Below are positions 9,960 to 19,087 of a stretch of DNA of 64,000 bases, piece after piece (the first letter of the stretch is position 1; every line of letters starts with the position of its first letter). The position numbers were made by a program, and so were the translations under genes. Source of the stretch: Planctomycetota bacterium (lineage in GTDB: Bacteria > Planctomycetota > B15-G4); NCBI GenBank assembly GCA_965248575.1, contig CBDFJQ010000002.1, positions 4,448,001 to 4,512,000 on the forward strand, given 5' to 3'. Below the pieces are notes generated by a model. That model was not told the origin of the DNA and ran no database searches. It was given only the letters and a program-made list of their open reading frames with translations.

Positions 9960-10262
9960 CCTTGTCGTCCTGCCGCGCTCGGCAGCGCCTCGGTTGTGAG
10001 TTCCGAAAAGCCGTGCATTTGGCTCAGCATCCCCTTCGGCCACCGGAGCACGGCTTGACCAGATCCCCCCGGCCACGATCGGCCGTGGACAGGGGCGCTC
10101 GCGCCGCGCGCGCATCTCGTGACGTACCTCGGCGTGAGAACTCAGCGGCGGGGCGTCCGATCCGCAACACGGGGGGCAATGTTTCGCCTATGCTCCCGAC
10201 GGCGCAGCGTTGTTCTCGTTGACGTCATAGTCAGGGTGTGCACCACACTGCGGAGAGTCCCG

Positions 10263-10736
10263 ATGTCCATCCGGAAGCTGTTCACCTGCACGCTCGCTGT
10301 GCTGCTCATGGGGGTGACCCTCCAAGGCGTCCTGTTCCAGAGCGCTCAGGCCGGGCCCATGGCTGCGTTCTCCGACGGGCCGGGGAGCCGCGACCAAGTC
10401 GTGGCTGCCCTGCTCGAAGGCATGAGTGTCAACAACGCCGGTGTCGGCGGTTTCGAGATCAGCGGACCGGGCCTCGTGAGCACCCGCGGCCAAGCATCGG
10501 GAACGCTCATCGTCCGCGGCGACCCGGACTTCATCTACAGCGGCAACCTCACGGTCGTCAACTTCGGGAACTCCGCTGTGGCGTTGGCACTCAGCGATGG
10601 AACGCCGCTCATGACCGTGCCGGCCCACGGCTCGTCCACCGTGCGGCCCTACCTCGCGCTTCCGCCCAACGAGCTCGTCTACACCAGCACGGGTGGGACG
10701 TACACCGAGTTTGTGTGGGTGAGCCGCTCGAACTGA
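10263..10736 (+). CDS. small secreted hypothetical protein (157 aa)
   Basis: GGAGAG RBS; signal peptide MSIRKLFTCTLAVLLMGV...AQA; beta-rich mature part. Confidence 0.65.
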   Translation: MSIRKLFTCTLAVLLMGVTLQGVLFQSAQAGPMAAFSDGPGSRDQVVAALLEGMSVNNAGVGGFEISGPGLVSTRGQASGTLIVRGDPDFIYSGNLTVVNFGNSAVALALSDGTPLMTVPAHGSSTVRPYLALPPNELVYTSTGGTYTEFVWVSRSN

Positions 10737-10763
10737 TCGGTGGCTAGCACGCCGGTCGACACG

Positions 10764-11618
10764 TCAGTTTCCGCAGTTGAGTTCGTCCTGCTTTCCCGCG
10801 AGGACGGATTGCATGCACTCCGCGTAGGTGGTCCAGCTGCTATCGGTGATCAGCCCATAGTTCCAGCCGCTGACGCCACGCCATCCGCGGTACATCTTCT
10901 GGACCTTGAGCAGCTCGTTCGCCCGATCCGTCAGCGTGCCATTGCCCACCAGGTTGCCTACGGCGATCTTCTCCGCCGGGATGGCAAGGTCGCTCGTCGT
11001 GCCGTCGGTCAGGAACTTGAATGAGCCTTCGAGGGTGTTGTCGGGCGGTGTGCACTCTCGGCCAGGGCAGTGGTGCCACTGGACGTTCAGCCAGGACAGC
11101 ATCTCGAGCGACGTCCCCCAGCGCTTCTGGTTGTAGTCCCCCAACTGCGACGCGAGGGGTGAGTGGGTCAGGAACTTGCCGGGGATCTTCCCCGAGAGCC
11201 GGACGGTGAATGCCTGTAGGTCGTCCGCGCTGTAGTGATCCTCCACGTCGAGATCGATACCGTCGAGACCAGACCCCTTGCGCCCGATGTTGTTCACGAG
11301 TTGGGTCAGGCTCTCAGCGGCAGCATCCGGGTTGGCAAAGACATAGGCGAAGGTGCCGTTCCCGCCTCCACCGACCATCGCTCCGACGAACTTATTTGTC
11401 TTCTGGACTGCACAGACGGCTTCCCAGAACGACGCGAGATCCGGGTTCGACTTGCCATCCGAGCCATAAACCGGCGTCTGGTTGAGGCTGAGCACTCCGC
11501 TCGTCTTTCCAAAGTGGAATGCCGACAGGAGGACGTGGGTGTAGGAGCTCGTCGCGATGTCGCCCAGGTCGTCCACGCTTTGACCCTGGTAGTAGATGAG
11601 GTTGCAGGGAGTCGTCAT
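10764..11618 (-). CDS. glycoside hydrolase family 18 (chitinase or endo-beta-N-acetylglucosaminidase-like, 284 aa)
   Basis: Catalytic DGIDLDVE (DxxDxDxE); MVGG strand-3 motif; IYYQ and THVLLSAFH N-terminal motifs; GAGGA upstream of ATG 11618; no signal peptide. Confidence 0.85.
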   Translation of the reverse strand: MTTPCNLIYYQGQSVDDLGDIATSSYTHVLLSAFHFGKTSGVLSLNQTPVYGSDGKSNPDLASFWEAVCAVQKTNKFVGAMVGGGGNGTFAYVFANPDAAAESLTQLVNNIGRKGSGLDGIDLDVEDHYSADDLQAFTVRLSGKIPGKFLTHSPLASQLGDYNQKRWGTSLEMLSWLNVQWHHCPGRECTPPDNTLEGSFKFLTDGTTSDLAIPAEKIAVGNLVGNGTLTDRANELLKVQKMYRGWRGVSGWNYGLITDSSWTTYAECMQSVLAGKQDELNCGN

Positions 11619-11712
11619 GTCTTTGAGATCCTCTTCCGGTCCTACGCTCTTGCGTCGCCCAGGGAGTTGGGCCAAGCGGGGGAGCGGCGCAACTCAATTG
11701 GTTCCCCTGGTT

Positions 11713-11730
11713 CAGGAGCGCGCGCTCCTG
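11713..11730. repeat. perfect 18-bp palindrome in the divergent GH18 / carbonic anhydrase intergenic region
   Basis: CAGGAGCGCGCGCTCCTG is its own reverse complement. Confidence 0.5.
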
Positions 11731-11984
11731 CCTGTCGACGTAGGTTTCCAAGCCATCCGGTGCGGGGGCCGCCGGAGTTGTTTTGAAGCCGCGAGCGGAG
11801 AAGGGTTCCTGGTGGAATCGTGTTCGGACATGGGGTGACAAGCGTCTGGGGGGCGAGGTCGACCATACCGGGGGTTATTGGTTTGCCCTATGCTCGTGCG
11901 GTTCGGAATCATTTAGTAAGGAAGTCCCTGCGGTCTGTCCGACGGGCCGCACCGTGACTCTTTCTACGAAGATCAGGAGGATCG

Positions 11985-12611
11985 ATGACCCCAGAACAGA
12001 TCGTATCGGCATTGGAGAACCGTGGTTGGACCGCAAGCACTGTCTCCGAGAGCCAGGTCGATGACCTCGTTCGGGTGACCCCAGAGGGGCTGATGAAGTG
12101 CGTCGACGGCCGTCCGTCGGACCACTCCGCCATGAATGGGCCCAAGACTTTGGGCGGCGTCTACGCCATCGCCTCGTTGCGGGGTGTGACTGACCTCGTG
12201 GGTCTGCGCAACATCGTTCGCGAAGTGCAAGACGCGGGTCATGTTCCCTCCGTGCACGGCGACGACCACGCCGAGCCGGCACCCATGGGCTGCGGCTTCT
12301 TCGCGCTCTGGCTCACGGGGCAGCTCACCGGAATTGAGCCACCCAACTACGACTCCGTCCAGGGCCGCTCCGCTGTTCTTGATGCCGGTGGCGTGTACGA
12401 GGAGCTCACTGGCGAGCACGCGGAGACCGAGGTCGTCATCAACCTCGTCCCTGGCATGACCCTCGAGCCGCAGCCCGATCAGCGCTTCGTGGTCGATGGC
12501 TGGATCGCGGCTGCCTTCGGCCTGGGCGTGGGCAACTACCTGGTGTGTGCCGCCCAGACGGTCGAGCTTCTCAAGGGGCCGAGAGTCGCCCGCATCGTCG
12601 CCCCCGCGTAG
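11985..12611 (+). CDS. cadmium/zeta-class carbonic anhydrase (CDCA1-like, single repeat)
   Basis: AGGAGG RBS; motifs KCVDGR, GPK.LGG.YAIA, GHVPSVHGD, MGCGFF.LW..G, QRF.VDGW and TVE.L.GP..A.IV match the CDCA1 repeat as recalled; putative ligands Cys39, His91, Cys103. Confidence 0.9.
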   Translation: MTPEQIVSALENRGWTASTVSESQVDDLVRVTPEGLMKCVDGRPSDHSAMNGPKTLGGVYAIASLRGVTDLVGLRNIVREVQDAGHVPSVHGDDHAEPAPMGCGFFALWLTGQLTGIEPPNYDSVQGRSAVLDAGGVYEELTGEHAETEVVINLVPGMTLEPQPDQRFVVDGWIAAAFGLGVGNYLVCAAQTVELLKGPRVARIVAPA

Positions 12612-12677
12612 GGACGGCACCTAGGGACGCCGCGCGCTGGTTTGAACTGACCGGTTCCAGGCCTGATCTCGCCCCGT

Positions 12678-14762
12678 CTAGTGGCCGCGCTGCGAGGCGA
12701 CGCGCACCTTCTCGAGCAGCTCGCTTGCTTGGACCGGCTTCTTCAGGAAGCCAGCGAAGTCGAGCCCTTCTAGTCGCTGCTTGAGCTGCGCCTCGCCGTA
12801 TCCACTGACGAGCAAAATAGGTACATCTGCCCGAATACGGCGAAGCGCAACGAAGGCCTCCTCGCCGCCCATGCGATGCATGGTGAGGTCGAGGAGCACG
12901 CAGACGATTTCGTCGCTGTGCTCTCGGAACACTTCGATCGCTTCAATTCCGTCCTTGGCTAGCAGAACCGCGAAACCCCTCTCTTCCAGGAGGCTCCGTG
13001 TCACGGTTCGAATCTGAGACTCGTCGTCGACCACGAGAACGGTGCCGGAACCGGTCCAGCGTTCGTCTCGTCGCACGCTCTTGGCCGTTGCTTTGGCGAG
13101 CTCACCCCGAGCCGGAAACAACACCGTGAGTTTCGCCCCACGGCCGACTTCACTCTGGATGTCGATCGCGCCTTTGTGGGCGCGGACAATTCCGAGCACC
13201 GCCGCCATCCCGAGTCCGCGCCCGGTGAACTTGGTCGTGAAGAAAGGCTCGAAGATCCGTCGCTGTGCCTCTTCGTCCATCCCGCAGCCGGTGTCCGCAA
13301 CTTCCAGGTACACGTAGCTGCCTGCGGCGAGTTCGTCATCGACATAGGTGCCGGCGAGGTGGTCCGCCGTGGATTCGATCACGCCGGTCGAGACCGTGAT
13401 GACGCCCCCCTCGTCGCCCACGGCTTCGGAAGCGTTCGTGACAAGATTCATGACCACTTGGCGCAGTTGTGAGACGTCTCCCTCGATGGCAGGGAGATCG
13501 TCCCGAAACTGGTATCGCACCGCGGTTTTCTTCGTGTGAGAGATCTCGAGTAGCTGGGCCATTTCGCTGACCAACTGCGAAACGTCGACGTCTTCGATGG
13601 CCAGGGCGCCTTTCCCCGAATAGGCGAGCATCTGATCGGTCAAGCCTGCCGCGCGCCGGGCCGCGATTCGAATTTCCTGCAGGTTCCTTCTGCCACTAGC
13701 CTCCGGCGCCAGTTGCGACAACGCGACCTCGGCGTTGCCAAGGACGGCTGCGAGGATGTTGTTGAAGTCGTGTGCGATCCCGCCAGCCATCACGCCGAGG
13801 CTTTCAAGCTTCTGCCTCTGCTGCATCTGCCTCTCGACCTGTTTTCGTTCCTCGGCTCGCTTGCGGTCGGTCACGTCGTACGAGATTCCGAGCACCGACC
13901 TGACGCTACGATCCGGCCCGAACTCCGGATACACATGCCAATCGTAGATGCGGGGGCCATCCTCATTCTTCCATTCGAAAACCGCGTCCGAAGGCTCCCC
14001 GGTCTCAAAAACGCGCAGGATGTGCTCCTCCGACAGGCTGCACAGCTTGTCGTCCAGCCCCAACTCTCGATAGGTCTTGCCGATGAACTCCTCTTCGGTG
14101 AATCCAGACAACCTATAGCCTGCAGCATTCTGATACAGATGCCGGCACTGCTTGTCATATCGCGTGATGCAGTCCTGAACGCTCTCCGCAAGCGAGCGGT
14201 AGTCCCGTTCACTTTCCCGGAGGGCCTCGTTGGCTTGGTTGCCGGCGGTTGTGTCGATGGACACGACGATCCCATACTCCATTTGATCGTTGGAGTCGAA
14301 CACAGGAACGATCGTCGAGTGAAACCAGAGTTCGTTTCCTTCGAGATCGTACACAGCCGATTCCTGAGTATGGACCTCACCCGTTTCCTTGGCCTTCTTC
14401 AGATTCGCCACCATCAGGTCGGTGAAGGGCTTGGGGTAAAAATCAAACGGATACGGCTTTCCGTAGAACGACGAGATGTCCTTGATTTGGAGAGCCTCGA
14501 TGCCCGCACGGCTCATGAACTTCAGGTTGAAGTCCGGATCGACGATCTTGGTGCAAACAGGTGAGTGGTCGAGCCAGGCTCGAGGACTCCGCTCCGAGTC
14601 CTCCGACGTCTCCTCGGCTTGCTCGCGGTAAATGGAGAGGTCCGACGCCAAATCCGCATTTCCGCCCGCGGCGACCATCTTTTCGAGCTCGCGAACGTGT
14701 TGCCTCAGGGCTCGGAGCTCTTCGAGGTACTCCGTCTTGGGCTTCTGTAGGTCGTCTCGCAT
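12678..14762 (-). CDS. cytoplasmic hybrid sensor histidine kinase/response regulator with two PAS domains
   Basis: PAS/PAC segments; H-box AHDFNN; N-box NLVTNA; G1 DTGCG; FEPFFTTK; G2 GRGLG; C-terminal receiver VVDD...LLD...KP. Confidence 0.95.
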   Translation of the reverse strand: MRDDLQKPKTEYLEELRALRQHVRELEKMVAAGGNADLASDLSIYREQAEETSEDSERSPRAWLDHSPVCTKIVDPDFNLKFMSRAGIEALQIKDISSFYGKPYPFDFYPKPFTDLMVANLKKAKETGEVHTQESAVYDLEGNELWFHSTIVPVFDSNDQMEYGIVVSIDTTAGNQANEALRESERDYRSLAESVQDCITRYDKQCRHLYQNAAGYRLSGFTEEEFIGKTYRELGLDDKLCSLSEEHILRVFETGEPSDAVFEWKNEDGPRIYDWHVYPEFGPDRSVRSVLGISYDVTDRKRAEERKQVERQMQQRQKLESLGVMAGGIAHDFNNILAAVLGNAEVALSQLAPEASGRRNLQEIRIAARRAAGLTDQMLAYSGKGALAIEDVDVSQLVSEMAQLLEISHTKKTAVRYQFRDDLPAIEGDVSQLRQVVMNLVTNASEAVGDEGGVITVSTGVIESTADHLAGTYVDDELAAGSYVYLEVADTGCGMDEEAQRRIFEPFFTTKFTGRGLGMAAVLGIVRAHKGAIDIQSEVGRGAKLTVLFPARGELAKATAKSVRRDERWTGSGTVLVVDDESQIRTVTRSLLEERGFAVLLAKDGIEAIEVFREHSDEIVCVLLDLTMHRMGGEEAFVALRRIRADVPILLVSGYGEAQLKQRLEGLDFAGFLKKPVQASELLEKVRVASQRGH

Positions 14763-14827
14763 GGATGGTGCTTCCTGTGCTCTTGAGTGCGAACGAGGAT
14801 CCCCCGTGAGGACAAAAAGCGCAAGCG

Positions 14828-14848
14828 GCCCCCCCCCCGGGGGGGGGC
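14828..14848. repeat. C10-G9 homopolymer inverted repeat
   Basis: G-CCCCCCCCCC-GGGGGGGGG-C between the divergent kinase and SNF2 genes. Confidence 0.6.
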
Positions 14849-15128
14849 ACCTCCAAGGACCGCTGGCACGGACTCTCCAGGAGGAGGCCTGAGCCGTGTC
14901 GGGCCCGATCTCCGAGCGGTTCTGTCGGTGAGCAGGTCTGGATGGGGAGTGTGAGTGGATGAACCTGAGATCGATTCGTTCGCTCAGCCCACGGAAGAGT
15001 GCCCGGGCCGGAGGATCTTCTTCGGTGAGCGCTCATCCCGGTGCATGACTCACGGCGATGCGTTGCTAGACTCCGCGGGACACCCACGGCCTTCCCTCTC
15101 CCCAGCCAAGTGCCCGACACGCGCGAGC

Positions 15129-18100
15129 ATGCCCTCACCCGACGATTGGCTGACTTCTGAGCGGCTCGAGATCCTGGCGGAGACCGTCGAGGCGTTTGAG
15201 GACGGCGCACTCGAGAGGGGCCGGCGCTACGCCAACGACGAGCGTGTGACTGGGCTTCGATCGACGACGGACGAAATCCAGGCCTGCGTCTTCGGCGGCT
15301 TGGCCTATGACGTTCGTTGGAAGTGGACGGAAGCTGGCTGGACGCCCTCGTGCACCTGTCCCGTGGCGCCGCGCTGCAAGCACGCCTTCGCCCTCGCGTG
15401 CGTGGTACTCGCAGGTGGGCTGCCCACCGATCTGCTCGAGCTCTCTTGGCTCCGCGACCTCCTGCCGGATCGGTTGGTTCGCCGTCGACTCGAGCGGGCA
15501 CAAACCGCGCAAGAGAGCGAACCCGAGCAGCCGCCTCCCGACGATGGCCGCACGCCCCCGGCGTCGCGTGAGGTGGCAGCCCTCGAACGACTGCGCACCT
15601 GCTCCGACTGGGTCGACCGGGCGAGCGCCCTGGCTGATCTCTTGCGCAGCGATCGACGCCTTGCCTACGCCGCCTTCAAAGCCCCCCTCAGTGATCTGGC
15701 GGAGCTGGAAGATCCTGACATCCGCTGCTTCGTCATCGCTCGCGAGCTCGCCTCGCGCATGGGCACGCGGCTTCCCAGGACGCTCGCTCCCTTTCTGGAA
15801 CGCCCGGACCTGAAGCAGCGCTACGACGCGCAGCTGGAAGACGAGTTCGACGACGACGACGACGAGCCTTGGGCCGGTGAACCTGGTGTCGGTGAATCCC
15901 GGGCCGCTGATCCAAGCTTGCCCGCGACTCACAATCTGCGCATGGAGTTTCAGCTCGAGGGCGATCCACTCGGCGAGGTGATCGTCAAGCTGCAGACGCG
16001 CCTTACGTCCGAGCGTCTCGCCGATGTGCCCCGCACCGGCCTCCAGCTGCATCAGTTGCTGGCCAGGGCAAATCGCAGGAGCGGCGTGTTGCCAGACGAA
16101 CAGCACGAACTGCTGGCCGTGTTGCTCGAAGCGAAGGTGTCTCCCTTCGTCAACCGTCAGGACTCGGCATGCATGCTCTCGGGAGCAGCTCTGGTCCAAG
16201 TGCTGCTCGCGGTCGCAGGGACGCAGCTCGCCACGTGGAGCGATCGGCTCCCTGCGCAGCTCGCCGGCCCCGCGGGCGTCAACCCAGGTGACCCACCGAC
16301 GCTCGACTCCGGGATGGTCGACGTCGAGCCCGTGCTCACCAGTGTGTCCGGTGACCCGCGCGTGGTGCTCGAGCACCGGCTCCCAGAGGGCGCCGTGCTC
16401 ACACCCGGCGAGCGGCTGCTGCTCCGGGCGCGGCCAGGCGTTCACGGCGAGCCCACCCTGCTCCTGACTAGCGGCCGGTTCTGGACGATTCGCGGCGAGC
16501 TTCCGGCGTCCCGATCGGGCTCCGGGCTGTCCGCCTTGGCGGGCGGCTTCGACCCGACCCAGAACCCCGCCCTGCTCGAACCGCTGGCCCGCGCGTTCCC
16601 CGGTTTCCGTGCCTCACTCGCACCCTACACCCGGGTGCATCCGGCCCACCCGACGGTCTGCCTGGACCTCGGGAGCGACGACTGGCTCCAGATCCGGGCC
16701 TTCGCGAGCGCCACCCCTGGCTGGCGTCCGGGCGATGCCGTCTCGACCGACGCCCTGCACTTCGAGTGGACGGGGGCCGGTGGCTGGGTGCCGACTGAAG
16801 GGGACCCAGCGCTCGTCGCCGCCGACGCGTTGAGGGCGACGGGCCCGAGTTCGGGCTCGGGTCCGATCTGGCTCGAACTTCCCGAGCCCGACCGCGTCGG
16901 GCCGGTCGTGTCGTGGCTCGAGTCGCTGGCCGCGATCCACGGCAGCATGCCGCGCGCAGAAGGGGAGCAACCCCTGGCCGGTGAGCGGGACGTGGGCAGC
17001 TGGATGCGCCTCACGCCGAGCACCATCGATCAGCTCGCGGACGCCTGGGCCCTGCGCCCGGCCGACGTCACCTGGTTCGGCAGCGACACGCTGCGCAAGC
17101 TGCTCACGGCACCGGAGCCCATGCTGCCCCAGCTGCGCGTGGCCCCGAGCGGCGTGGATTGGTTCATGGTGTCCGCGGAGTGGGAGGCCGAGGGCGCCGC
17201 TCTCAGCGACGCGGAGCTTGCCCTGATGCGCAACGCGACGTCGCGCTTCGTCCGGCTCTCGTCGGGCTGGGTACGCTCGGACACCGCCGACGCACGGAGC
17301 GCTGGCGACGAAGCCCTGGCCGAACTCGGCATCGAAGCGGGGGGCGAAGAGCAACGTGTCAGTGTCTGGCAGCTCGCCCGCGCACGGCCCGAGGCCCTCG
17401 CCGCCATCTTGGGTCTGGAGACGGGCACGGGTCAGGGCGCGAGTGAGGGCGCGAACGCGGGCGCCCCCGGGAGCGCGAGCGCGTTGGAGGGCGTGCGCGT
17501 CCTGCGCGAAAAGGTTGCAGCCTTCACGGGGCTGCCCCAAGTCGACCTGCCGCCTGGAATCGAGGGCGACCTCAGGCCCTATCAGCGGGCGGGCCTCGAC
17601 TTCCTTTCCCATGCCACCTCCCTCGGGCTGGGCGCGATCCTGGCCGACGACATGGGACTGGGCAAGACCATCCAAGCGTTGGTGTGGTTGGCGCGGCTCG
17701 TCAACCTGCGGCCCGAAGGCGGCCCGAGCCTGGTGGTGTGCCCGGCCTCCGTGCTCCACAACTGGGAGCGCGAGGCGGAGCGCTTCGCCCCGGGCCTGCG
17801 CGTGCTGGCCCTCACTGCCGGCAGCGAACGCCACGCACTTCGGCCGCAGATTCCGGATCACGACATCGTGCTGACGAACTATTCGTTGCTGCGTCGGGAC
17901 CGCGAAGAGCTGGGCGCCATCGCTTGGCGTGCCGTGATCCTGGACGAAGCCCAGAACATCAAGAACCCAGACGCCGCCGTGAGCCGCGCAGCGCGCTCAC
18001 TTCGAGCCCAGCACAAGCTTGCGCTCACCGGCACGCCGCTGGAGAACCGGGCCCTCGATCTCTGGAGCATCCAGGCGTTCTTGAATCCGGGCTATCTCGA

Positions 18101-18950
18101 CAGTCGTGCCGTCTTCGCCCAGCGTTACGACGGCGCGGACGCACCGCCCCACGCGCGCACATTGCTCGCGGCCAGGCTGCGGCCCGTCATGCTCCGACGG
18201 CTCAAGAGCGAAGTGGCACCCGAGCTGCCTCCGCGCATCGAGAAGCAACGCGAGTGCGAGTTGACCCCGGGCCAGCGCAAGCTCTACCTCGCTGAACTCA
18301 GCCGGGCCCGGGCTTTCATGGGCGATCTCGAAAGCTCGGGTGGCGTCAAGCGGAACAAGATCTCGATCCTGGCGGTGCTCACCCGCCTGCGTCAGATTTG
18401 TTGTCACCCGGCTCTCGTCGGCGGAGAGGCTGCATTGGGCTCGGGCAAGTTCACCGCGCTTTTTGAGTTGCTCGAACCGCTGCTGGCCGAGGGGCACAAG
18501 GTGCTCGTCTTCTCGCAGTTCGTGCAGTGCCTCAAACTCGTCGCCTCGGACATGCAGAGCCGCGGGATCGGGTACCACATGCTGACCGGGTCCAGCCGCA
18601 ATCGCGGAGAGATCGTTGAGGCCTTCGAGAACGACCCGGACCCTGCAGTGTTCCTCATCTCGCTGAAAGCCGGCGGCACCGGCCTCAACCTGACGGCCGC
18701 CAACTACGTCGTCTTGTTCGACCCTTGGTGGAACCCTGCGGTGGAAGCCCAGGCCATCGACCGCACCCACCGCATCGGGCAGGACCAGACCGTGATCGCG
18801 TACCGCTTGGTGGCCGTGGGCACGATCGAGGAACGCATCCGAGAACTCCAGGCCCGCAAAGCGAGCCTTGCACGAGACGTACTCGGCGAGGGCGGCTTTG
18901 CGAAGGCGTTGACGCGTGGCGATTTGGACTTCTTGTTCTCGGTGGACTGA
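15129..18950 (+). CDS. SWIM zinc-finger SNF2-family helicase/ATPase (~1273 aa)
   Basis: SWIM CTCPVAPRCKH; motif I LADDMGLGKT; motif II DEAQ; LTGTPLEN; LISLKAGGTGLNL; DPWWNP; QAIDRTHRIGQ. Start chosen at ATG 15129. Confidence 0.93.
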   Translation: MPSPDDWLTSERLEILAETVEAFEDGALERGRRYANDERVTGLRSTTDEIQACVFGGLAYDVRWKWTEAGWTPSCTCPVAPRCKHAFALACVVLAGGLPTDLLELSWLRDLLPDRLVRRRLERAQTAQESEPEQPPPDDGRTPPASREVAALERLRTCSDWVDRASALADLLRSDRRLAYAAFKAPLSDLAELEDPDIRCFVIARELASRMGTRLPRTLAPFLERPDLKQRYDAQLEDEFDDDDDEPWAGEPGVGESRAADPSLPATHNLRMEFQLEGDPLGEVIVKLQTRLTSERLADVPRTGLQLHQLLARANRRSGVLPDEQHELLAVLLEAKVSPFVNRQDSACMLSGAALVQVLLAVAGTQLATWSDRLPAQLAGPAGVNPGDPPTLDSGMVDVEPVLTSVSGDPRVVLEHRLPEGAVLTPGERLLLRARPGVHGEPTLLLTSGRFWTIRGELPASRSGSGLSALAGGFDPTQNPALLEPLARAFPGFRASLAPYTRVHPAHPTVCLDLGSDDWLQIRAFASATPGWRPGDAVSTDALHFEWTGAGGWVPTEGDPALVAADALRATGPSSGSGPIWLELPEPDRVGPVVSWLESLAAIHGSMPRAEGEQPLAGERDVGSWMRLTPSTIDQLADAWALRPADVTWFGSDTLRKLLTAPEPMLPQLRVAPSGVDWFMVSAEWEAEGAALSDAELALMRNATSRFVRLSSGWVRSDTADARSAGDEALAELGIEAGGEEQRVSVWQLARARPEALAAILGLETGTGQGASEGANAGAPGSASALEGVRVLREKVAAFTGLPQVDLPPGIEGDLRPYQRAGLDFLSHATSLGLGAILADDMGLGKTIQALVWLARLVNLRPEGGPSLVVCPASVLHNWEREAERFAPGLRVLALTAGSERHALRPQIPDHDIVLTNYSLLRRDREELGAIAWRAVILDEAQNIKNPDAAVSRAARSLRAQHKLALTGTPLENRALDLWSIQAFLNPGYLDSRAVFAQRYDGADAPPHARTLLAARLRPVMLRRLKSEVAPELPPRIEKQRECELTPGQRKLYLAELSRARAFMGDLESSGGVKRNKISILAVLTRLRQICCHPALVGGEAALGSGKFTALFELLEPLLAEGHKVLVFSQFVQCLKLVASDMQSRGIGYHMLTGSSRNRGEIVEAFENDPDPAVFLISLKAGGTGLNLTAANYVVLFDPWWNPAVEAQAIDRTHRIGQDQTVIAYRLVAVGTIEERIRELQARKASLARDVLGEGGFAKALTRGDLDFLFSVD

Positions 18951-19087
18951 GAGCGTCCAGGGGCCGGCCGCCTCAGGCGTCTTCTGTGAGCCCTCCTGCT
19001 CAATCGGAGTTTGTAGTCTTGCCATGCGAGCCCGTTGTGCTCTAGAACTTTTGGTCAACCCACACGTCTCAGAGAGGAGCACCTTTC

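Noticed and set aside
11640..11740. GAACCAGGGGAACCA on the minus strand upstream of the GH18 gene, resembling the 5' part of a c-di-AMP (ydaO) riboswitch
   Set aside because: The downstream conserved elements (GGGGxGAA and CCGAACCCGTCAGCTAAC-like) are absent.
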